From a virus (lineage: Duplodnaviria > Caudoviricetes): a stretch of DNA of 64,000 bases. Position 1 is the first letter of the stretch. Each line of letters starts with the position of its first letter. Below the pieces are notes generated by a model. It was not told the DNA's origin. It worked only from the letters and a program-made list of their open reading frames with translations, and ran no database searches. The position numbers and the translations under genes are program-made. The DNA lies in IMG/VR virus record IMGVR_UViG_2866474162_000001, positions 1 through 64,000 of that record, one strand, 5' to 3'. Below are positions 57,472 through 64,000 of the stretch, one piece after another.

Positions 57472-57900
57472 GTGAACGGAGCCCTCCCACCTTGGACAAG
57501 CAGAGGAGCAACCGTGAAGCACACCATACGGCGCACCCAGCGCCCGCGGCCAGACGCCACCACCACCGGGCCTACCCAGGCGCCCGCCCGGAACACCGCG
57601 CCGGCACCCGCCCGCACGCCTGTTCGGCGCAACCGCCACCACCGCACCAACGGCCGGGTCACCAGGCAGGACATCGCGCAGAACGCCGGCCGGGAGAACG
57701 GGCGGGAAGTCGGCCAGCCAGCCAACCAGCCCGTCAACGAACCCGCCACCCGCGAGAAGCCCGGCCTGCCCCTGCGCTGGGCCGTCATCGGCCTCGCCGC
57801 CCTCCTCGCCGGTACCGTCGGCTACCTCTTCGGCGGCCCCATCGCCGCCATCACCACGGCTGCGGCCGTCGCCGTCGCCGCCCATCGCCTCCTCGACTAA
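57472..57900 (+). CDS. Small protein with C-terminal TM hairpin
   Basis: WAVIGLAALLAGTVGYLFGGPIAAI; start probably near 57514. Confidence 0.55.
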   Translation: MNGALPPWTSRGATVKHTIRRTQRPRPDATTTGPTQAPARNTAPAPARTPVRRNRHHRTNGRVTRQDIAQNAGRENGREVGQPANQPVNEPATREKPGLPLRWAVIGLAALLAGTVGYLFGGPIAAITTAAAVAVAAHRLLD

Positions 57901-58063
57901 CCACCGAGCCGGAATAAGACGCGAACACGAAGGGAGGCCGGCAGGCCACACAGCCACCGGCCTCCCAAACCAGGCACACCGACCAGCGCAACGATCCAGG
58001 CCGAACAACCTGCTGAGCACTCTGGTCGATCAGCGGACACACCGCCGCCGACATCTGCGGCAT

Positions 58064-58378
58064 TTAGCTGCGGAAGCCGTCGCCCCGGAACAGGGTGCTG
58101 CCGGGCTCACGCCGGGGCATCGGCGGCGGCACCTCGCCATCCGGCGCCGCCGCCAGGAACGGCAGGTACCTGCGGAGGAAGTCGTCGACGCCGGGGATCG
58201 CGAGGACGCGGGTCACCGCGGCGGCGACGGCGAGGGCCTGGGCGACGAGAGGCGCGGCCTCGATGCCGGCGGCGACGGCGATGGTCGGCAGCAGCGACAG
58301 CAGTGCGACGACAGCTGCGAAGATCGTGCGGGCGACGGCCCGCCACGGGTAGCGGGTCTGCGTGGTGCTGGCGGTCAC
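58064..58378 (-). CDS. Holin
   Basis: TQTRYPWRAVARTIF plus two TM helices; downstream of the endolysin. Confidence 0.8.
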   Translation of the reverse strand: MTASTTQTRYPWRAVARTIFAAVVALLSLLPTIAVAAGIEAAPLVAQALAVAAAVTRVLAIPGVDDFLRRYLPFLAAAPDGEVPPPMPRREPGSTLFRGDGFRS

Positions 58379-58767
58379 GGGAGCTTCCCTCCTAGTTGCT
58401 GGATGAGGGCCTTGAGCTGGACGTTCTCGATGAGGAGCTTGTCCCGCTCGGCGGCCAGTGTTTGCCGAGCGGCCAGCTCGGCGCGGAGCTGCGCGACCTC
58501 GGCCTTAGTGATGGCCAGCTCCTCGTGGAGCTGGTGAATGGTCAGGTTGGCCGCCGCCATCTGCGTCTCGGCGAGGCTGAGCTTCGTCTCGGCCCCGGAG
58601 AGCTGGGCGTCCATGCGGCCGAGCAGCCGCTCGGCGATCTGCGTCTCGTAGTCGGCGAGGCTGGTGCGCTCCTTGCGCCGCCCGAGGATCGCCGTGAGCA
58701 CGCGGTCGACGACGGCGCCCGCGATCGACCCGCCGCCGACGAGCGCGGCGATGAGCACGGGCTCCAT
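58375..58767 (-). CDS. Membrane-anchored coiled-coil lysis accessory protein
   Basis: N-terminal TM helix and heptad repeats. Confidence 0.7.
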   Translation of the reverse strand: MEPVLIAALVGGGSIAGAVVDRVLTAILGRRKERTSLADYETQIAERLLGRMDAQLSGAETKLSLAETQMAAANLTIHQLHEELAITKAEVAQLRAELAARQTLAAERDKLLIENVQLKALIQQLGGKLP

Positions 58768-58777
58768 CGTCGCCGCC

Positions 58778-59632
58778 TCAGGTGACCGGGTTCTTGAAGG
58801 CGGCGTCCCAGGTGGCGACGGCGATCAGCCCGTCGACGCGCAGCCGCTGGTCGCGCTGGAACGCTTCGGCGAGGGCCTTGTACTCGGGGCCGTAGATGCC
58901 GTCGTTGCCGGCGCCGCCGAGCCACGTCTTGCCCTTGCCGATCGACCAGCCTCGGCGGTCGAGCTGGGTGGCCCACTCGCGCAGCCACGCCCGGTCGGTG
59001 CGGCCCTTGAAGTAGCGCTCGTACTTGCCGGAGACGCTGTAGTCGGGGCCGGACGCCGGGCCGAAGTACCAGCTGGCGGGCAACGGGAAGGCGATCGGCG
59101 TGCCGGGCGCGGGCTTCCCGGCGGCCGGCGGCTTGGCCGGCGCGGGCGTGGATCCGCCGACGATGGGCAGGCCGGCGTGCAGCCAGGCGTAGATCTCGTC
59201 GCCGGGGCAGGAGGTGTTCCCGCGGTCGCGGTGGCCGAGCAGTTGGAGCCGCTTGCCCTTGCGGTCGTTGGCTTGCTCGTAGAGCCATTTGAAGGCGCGG
59301 CGGGCGGCGTCGGAGACGTCCTGGCGGCCGGGCTGGTCCTTGCCGATGATGCAGACGCCGATGGCCTCGGTGTTGTGGCCGGAGCAGTGGGCGCCGAGCG
59401 TCGTCCACCCGCGGCCCTCGTAGATGACGCCGCTGATGGAGTTGATGAGGAAGTTGTAGCCGATGTCCGCCCAGCCCTTGACCCGCATGTGGTAGTCCTG
59501 GATCTGGCGCGGGGTTTGCGTCGCCGTCGCGGCGGAGTAGTGGCCCATGAAGACGGTCCGCTTCGACCAGGGCACGGTCGAGCGGGACTCGGGTGGGCGG
59601 GCGCCCCATTCGGCGCGGCTGATGATGTCCAC
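58778..59632 (-). CDS. Endolysin: PGRP-type N-acetylmuramoyl-L-alanine amidase + PG-binding domain
   Basis: IISRAEWGA, WADIGYNFLI, YEGRGW, GAHCSGHN, HRD..TSCPG; FQRDQRLRVDG. Confidence 0.93.
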   Translation of the reverse strand: MDIISRAEWGARPPESRSTVPWSKRTVFMGHYSAATATQTPRQIQDYHMRVKGWADIGYNFLINSISGVIYEGRGWTTLGAHCSGHNTEAIGVCIIGKDQPGRQDVSDAARRAFKWLYEQANDRKGKRLQLLGHRDRGNTSCPGDEIYAWLHAGLPIVGGSTPAPAKPPAAGKPAPGTPIAFPLPASWYFGPASGPDYSVSGKYERYFKGRTDRAWLREWATQLDRRGWSIGKGKTWLGGAGNDGIYGPEYKALAEAFQRDQRLRVDGLIAVATWDAAFKNPVT

Positions 59633-59915
59633 TGGTTGTCCTCCCGGCAGCAGTGATCGTCTGTCGGGGGACAGCGGCTCTACGGTAGCGGCCCGGGGTG
59701 ACTGGCGCGGGTCGGCTGGGAGGTGGGCGGGCGCGCCGGTTGCTGTCCTGGGACGGCGCGCCCGCCCGGGTGAGCGGATCCGGGCTGCCGCCGCACCAGT
59801 TGGAGGACAGCCGGTCCGCTCGCCGCGCGACGAGCACGGGGGGAACCGCGTCGCGCGGTGGTTCAGGCCCGCCGGTCACCGCGTGGACTGCGCGGGTGCG
59901 GTGACCGGCGGGGGT

Positions 59916-60242
59916 CTACATGCGCCAGGTGTAGGTGACGTCGGCCTCGGTGGGGCCGATGACGACCTTGGCGAGCAGCATCTCCAGCACGGACTGGCGG
60001 TAGGCGAGCTGGACGTCGGTGAGGGTGGCTCGTCGTTCGGCGGCGCTCCAGGTCTTCGACTCGATGGCGGCGGCGTCGATGAGCTGCTTGTGGCAGCCGA
60101 GCCCGCACTTGTAGTTGCGCTGCGGGGCGTGGGTCTGCTGCTCCTCGTCGAACTCGGTGGTGTTGACGGGCACGAGGCGCAGGTCGCAGCGCCAGCAGTG
60201 GAGCAGCAGGCGCAGCAGGTACGGGTCGGCGCTGGCGGCCAT
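59916..60242 (-). CDS. Stand-alone recombinase-type zinc-ribbon protein
   Basis: LLRLLLHCWRC...YKCGLGC...IDAAAIE. Confidence 0.65.
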   Translation of the reverse strand: MAASADPYLLRLLLHCWRCDLRLVPVNTTEFDEEQQTHAPQRNYKCGLGCHKQLIDAAAIESKTWSAAERRATLTDVQLAYRQSVLEMLLAKVVIGPTEADVTYTWRM

Positions 60243-60265
60243 GCGGGACCGCGGCGTCGGTGGCC

Positions 60266-60670
60266 TCACCACGGTCCGTGCGCCGGGGGGCGGCGGTATT
60301 CACCCCCCGCCTGCCCCCCGGCCAGTGCCGGCCGGGCCACGCCGGGTGCTGACGCGACGCCCGTCGGGTTTGCCGGCCACTGCGCCGCCCCGGCACCCCC
60401 TGCGGGGACGGCGGACGGAACGGGCCGCTCGTGCCACGGTTTCGGCGCGGCGTCGGCGGCCGTGACCGACGACGGCTCGACCCCTGCCGCCTCGATCACC
60501 CGGGATGCGTTGGAGCGGCACCGGCAGCCGAGCTGCCCGCAGGAGCAGACACCGTTCGGTCCGGGCCGGTGGCGCAGGTAGCTGTCGACGGCGGCGCGGT
60601 AGAGCACGCTGCCGGGCAGGGTAGTGATGACGTCGGCGCGCATCCGGGTCGCGGTGCGGAGGCGGCTCAC
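60266..60670 (-). CDS. Small Cys-containing hypothetical protein
   Basis: GTG at 60670 overlapping the upstream stop; RHRPGPNGVCSCG. Confidence 0.5.
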   Translation of the reverse strand: MSRLRTATRMRADVITTLPGSVLYRAAVDSYLRHRPGPNGVCSCGQLGCRCRSNASRVIEAAGVEPSSVTAADAAPKPWHERPVPSAVPAGGAGAAQWPANPTGVASAPGVARPALAGGQAGGEYRRPPAHGPW

Positions 60671-61110
60671 CGGCGGCCTCCCTTGCCGCGGAGCCGCTGG
60701 GCGGGGGTGGTGAGCAGCCCGGTGTCCGGCCAGATGATCTCGGTCGGCGCGTTCCAGTCGGGCTGGTCGGTGTTGCGCGGAGGGGCCGGGGTTGCCGGGT
60801 CCGCCGGCCCCTCCGGGTTCAGGGCACCGTTGGCCCACTGTACGGCGGTGCAGGGGAACGGCGAGCTGCACCAGGTGCAGCGGCGGTGGACCTTGACCTT
60901 GGGCGGCCAGGCCCGCACCTCGATCTGCGACGAGCCGGGCAGATGGATGGCGAGGACGTAGCCGGCGAAGGCTTCGCGGTGGTCCCGGCCGGTGAAGACG
61001 ATGTAGCCCTCGTGGGGGACGAGCTCGCCCGGCGGCGGCGGTGGGACGTCGCCGGCAACCAGCGTGGACGGTGGTGGTGCCGCGTGTGGCATGTGTCCTG
61101 ACTGGACCAT
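60667..61110 (-). CDS. Hypothetical protein
   Basis: HLPG...CTWCSSPFPCTAVQWA. Confidence 0.6.
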   Translation of the reverse strand: MVQSGHMPHAAPPPSTLVAGDVPPPPPGELVPHEGYIVFTGRDHREAFAGYVLAIHLPGSSQIEVRAWPPKVKVHRRCTWCSSPFPCTAVQWANGALNPEGPADPATPAPPRNTDQPDWNAPTEIIWPDTGLLTTPAQRLRGKGGRR

Positions 61111-61318
61111 GAGCTGCCCCCAGGGGTGCGGTTCTCGATGGTGGTCGGTTGCCGCACAGTGCCGTTCCGGCACCGTGCTGTTTAGCACGGTGCCAGCATG
61201 GCACGGAGCCGGTCTATGTCACAAGGGGAACCCGGAAGTTGACTCGGCGTGTCGGTCGTGGACGTGGCGAGGGGCCGGCACCGTGCGGTGCCGGCCCCTC
61301 TCTGGGTGCTGCGGTCGG

Positions 61319-61525
61319 TCAGGCCAGGTCGAACTGGCCGTTCCTCGCGCCGGCGATGAACGCGGTCCAGCCGGCGCTGTTGAAGGTCAGGACGGGGCCA
61401 GAGCGGTCCTTGCTGTCGCGGACCAGCATGGTGCTGCCGTCAACGGCGTCGGACACCTCGACGCAGTTCTGGCCTCCATCGGACTTGGTGGACTTCCGCC
61501 AGGGGCGGAAGGCGAGATCACTCAT
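61319..61525 (-). CDS. DUF397 protein
   Basis: WRKSTKS...NCVEV...VRDSK..GPVLTF...W.AFI. Confidence 0.95.
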   Translation of the reverse strand: MSDLAFRPWRKSTKSDGGQNCVEVSDAVDGSTMLVRDSKDRSGPVLTFNSAGWTAFIAGARNGQFDLA

Positions 61526-61539
61526 GGTGACTCCCTGGG

Positions 61540-62409
61540 TCAGGCGTCGGCGGCCACCAGGTCGGCCGCCTTCTGGATGAGGTCCGCGCTGGCCTCGGGG
61601 GACAGCGCGGCGTCACGCAGCTGGTCGAACAGCCGCGCGTACCGCTGCGCCTCCTGGGCCTCGGTGACCAGCAGGTCGGTCGTCACGGTGTCGACGGCGA
61701 CCAGCGTCAGGTCCTCGGGGTCCGGGTAGGCGTACAGAGAGAACGGCGAGCGTGGGACGTACCCGCGTCCCAGCCGGGCGTCAACCGGCAGTATGCGGAC
61801 GCTGACGTTCTCCCTGGTCGTGGCCAGATCGAGCAGGTGGTGCAGCTGCTCCCGCATGACGGCGGGCGGCACGGGCAGCCGCTCGATCGCCTGCGGTTCC
61901 AGCACGACGTCGTACTCCGACCCGTCGGGGCCGGAAACCTGGAGCTGCCGGCGCATCCGGCCGGCGACGGTGCCGCTGAGGTCGAAGTCGGCTCCGTCGT
62001 CGAGCGCGACCTGGCCCCGGTGGCGGGCGTACGCCTCGGTCTGGAGCAGGCCGGGCAGCAGCGAGTTCTGGTACTCGCGGATCGCGCGGGCGCCGGCCTC
62101 GATGTCGGCGGTGCGGGCCTGCCGGTCGCCCATGGCGGCGTACTTGGCCTCGGTCCACCAGCCCTTGGCCAGGCCATCCCGGGCGACCCGCTGGAGCGCC
62201 CGGTAGCGGTCATCGCTTTCGGGCAGCAGCACGTCGAGGATCCGCAGGATCGTGTCGAGCGGCCGACGTTCGCCGTTCTCCACCTTCGACACCGCGGTGC
62301 GGTCCAGGCCGGCCTCGCGGCCGAGCACCGCGCCGGTCATGCCGGACGCCTCCCGCAGCTCGCGGATGGCGCGCCCGAGACGAAGACGTCGGGCAAGGGG
62401 GCTGATCAC
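61540..62409 (-). CDS. XRE-family HTH + DUF5753 regulator
   Basis: RRLRLGRAIRELREASG HTH; LPGLLQTEAYA. Confidence 0.93.
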   Translation of the reverse strand: MISPLARRLRLGRAIRELREASGMTGAVLGREAGLDRTAVSKVENGERRPLDTILRILDVLLPESDDRYRALQRVARDGLAKGWWTEAKYAAMGDRQARTADIEAGARAIREYQNSLLPGLLQTEAYARHRGQVALDDGADFDLSGTVAGRMRRQLQVSGPDGSEYDVVLEPQAIERLPVPPAVMREQLHHLLDLATTRENVSVRILPVDARLGRGYVPRSPFSLYAYPDPEDLTLVAVDTVTTDLLVTEAQEAQRYARLFDQLRDAALSPEASADLIQKAADLVAADA

Positions 62410-62639
62410 GTGTGCTGCACCTCCGGGCGTTGGCACCGTGCCAGGTTGGCACGCGGCCTGCCGTGAGGGTACGCGGCGACGGAAGCGGGCGGTATGCGTG
62501 AGGCTTTCGGCTGGCCTGGCGTGGTGGCTACGCTGTGCGGCAAGACTCGGCGCGCGGGACGGGTCGGGCTCGCTGGATGAGCGCCCGCGAAGGGCTCCGG
62601 TTGCGTCACCGGAGCCCTTCGTCTGTCCGCGTAGCTATC

Positions 62640-62664
62640 CGGTCGCAGTAGACGACTGCGACCG
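62640..62664. promoter_or_regulatory. Inverted repeat upstream of the tape measure gene
   Basis: CGGTCGCAGT-AGACG-ACTGCGACCG. Confidence 0.4.
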
Positions 62665-62688
62665 TCGAAACTGGCCTACGCTGGGTGC

Positions 62689-64000
62689 GTGGCGCTGGGG
62701 CGTGCGTACATCGAGATCATCGGCGACGTAAAGAAGTTCGCGCCGGACCTGAAACGCGGGCTGAAGTCGGCGCTGAAGATCGGCGCGCTGAGCGGGGTGG
62801 CCGTCCAAGCGACGGGCAGCCTGGTCACCCTGGCCGGTGCGCTGGCGCAGGTCAGCGGCGCGGCGTTCGCCGTACCCGCCGCGGCAGGTGTCTACGGTGC
62901 GGCGATGGGCGCGCTGAAGATCGCGACGGCGGGCTTCGGCGACGCGATGAGCGCGGTCGTCGAGGGTGACGCGAAGGCGTTCGAGAAGGCGCTGGAGAAC
63001 CTGTCGCCGCAGGCGCAGAAGCTGGCCCGCGAGTTCAAGGCGGTGGGTCCGGCGATCGAGGGCCTCCGCACGGCGACGCAGGACGCGTTCGCCGCGCCGA
63101 TGGTCGGGCAGATCCAGGCAACCGCCTCGGTGCTGGCGGGGCCGCTGCGCACCGGCCTGGCCGGCGTCGCCGCCGAGTACGGCAACGTGGCGCGGCGGGC
63201 GCTGGAGTTCGCCCGGGAGGGCGCCACCGTGTCGGTGCTGCGCGGGGTGCTGATGAGCGCGCGGGAGGCGGTGGCGAACCTCGGCGTGGCGGTCGGGCCG
63301 GTGCTGGCCGGGTTCCGCGACCTGGCCGTGGTGGGCCTCCCTACGGTGAGCCAGCTGTCCACCGTGGCCGGCGGGCTAGGCGCGAAGTTCGGCGCGTGGC
63401 TCTCGGCGATGGCGCAGAGCGGCGCGGCCACGGCGGCGATCGAGACGGCGCTGGGCGTCCTGCGGCAGCTCGGGCAGATCGCGACGAACGTCGGTGCGAT
63501 CCTCAGCTCGGTCTTCCAGGCGGCCAGTGCGTCGGCCGGCGGCGGGCTGCTCGGGACGCTGACGACGCTGACCGGCACGCTGCGGGAGTTCTTCGCGTCG
63601 GCGGAGGGTAGCGCGGCGCTGACCGGGATCTTCGAGACGCTGGGCGCACTCGCGTCGGGCTTGAAGCCGGTCATCGGGGGGCTGCTCAGCGCCATCGGGC
63701 AGACGCTGGTGCCGGCGCTCATGCCGATCGCGCAGGCGCTGATCCCGGGGTTGCAGGCCCTCGTCCCGGCGCTGGCCCCAATCGGTCAGGTGATCGCGTC
63801 GATAGCCCTGGCCATCGCCCCACTCCTGCCGGTCGTCGGCCAGCTCATCGCGATGCTGGTCGGGCCGCTGGCGCAGGCGCTTGGCGCGCTGGGCCCGCTG
63901 CTCGGCCCGATCGTGTCCGCGCTCGGGCCGGTACTGCTCCAGATCGGTCAGACGCTCACCGCGGTCCTCGCCCCGATCGCCGGGCTCCTCGCCGACCTGT
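62689..64000 (+). CDS. Tape measure protein (partial, runs off right edge)
   Basis: Hand translation from GTG 62689: MALGRAYIEIIGDVKKFAPDLKRGL...LENLSPQAQKLAREF; open frame to 64000 with Ala/Gly/Leu-rich helical repeats. Confidence 0.88.
   Translation, partial: MALGRAYIEIIGDVKKFAPDLKRGLKSALKIGALSGVAVQATGSLVTLAGALAQVSGAAFAVPAAAGVYGAAMGALKIATAGFGDAMSAVVEGDAKAFEKALENLSPQAQKLAREFKAVGPAIEGLRTATQDAFAAPMVGQIQATASVLAGPLRTGLAGVAAEYGNVARRALEFAREGATVSVLRGVLMSAREAVANLGVAVGPVLAGFRDLAVVGLPTVSQLSTVAGGLGAKFGAWLSAMAQSGAATAAIETALGVLRQLGQIATNVGAILSSVFQAASASAGGGLLGTLTTLTGTLREFFASAEGSAALTGIFETLGALASGLKPVIGGLLSAIGQTLVPALMPIAQALIPGLQALVPALAPIGQVIASIALAIAPLLPVVGQLIAMLVGPLAQALGALGPLLGPIVSALGPVLLQIGQTLTAVLAPIAGLLADL

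Larger units (their letters stand above)
1069..64000. mobile_element. Prophage (siphovirus-like, temperate) with large cargo; right end lies outside the window
   Basis: Integrase beside a tRNA 3' end, excisionase, terminase, portal, MuF/protease, capsid, tail, lysis and tape-measure genes. Confidence 0.93.

Noticed and set aside
1-64000. CRISPR array, rRNA, retron/DGR reverse transcriptase
   Set aside because: I saw no regularly spaced repeats, rRNA-like sequence or YxDD RT motif.

Overview
GC-rich actinobacterial DNA (gene content suggests Micromonospora or a relative; this is inference). Nearly the whole window is the left ~63 kb of a large mosaic siphovirus-like prophage that starts just downstream of a chromosomal tRNA-Leu(GAG) and continues past the right edge. 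Order: tyrosine integrase, SDR cargo gene, excisionase; a non-canonical tRNA-Gly(TCC) directly followed by an adenine-MTase-like/GNAT(Mom)-like fusion, a ParB-like gene and an Acb2/Tad1-like gene; terminase; ~27 kb of cargo and defence genes (AlbA/Schlafen, IS3-hit Mrr-like nuclease, GIY-YIG, ligase, WXG100 cluster, SeqA-N/RAMA, REase-NACHT, type I R-M with frameshifted hsdM); portal/head genes; an early-gene block with its own operators; tail genes; an opposite-strand lysis and XRE/DUF397 block; and the start of the tape measure. The most exciting candidate is a tRNA-Gly-coupled DNA adenine hypermodification (anti-restriction) locus at 5545-8870. All family calls come from motif recognition by eye, with no database searches.
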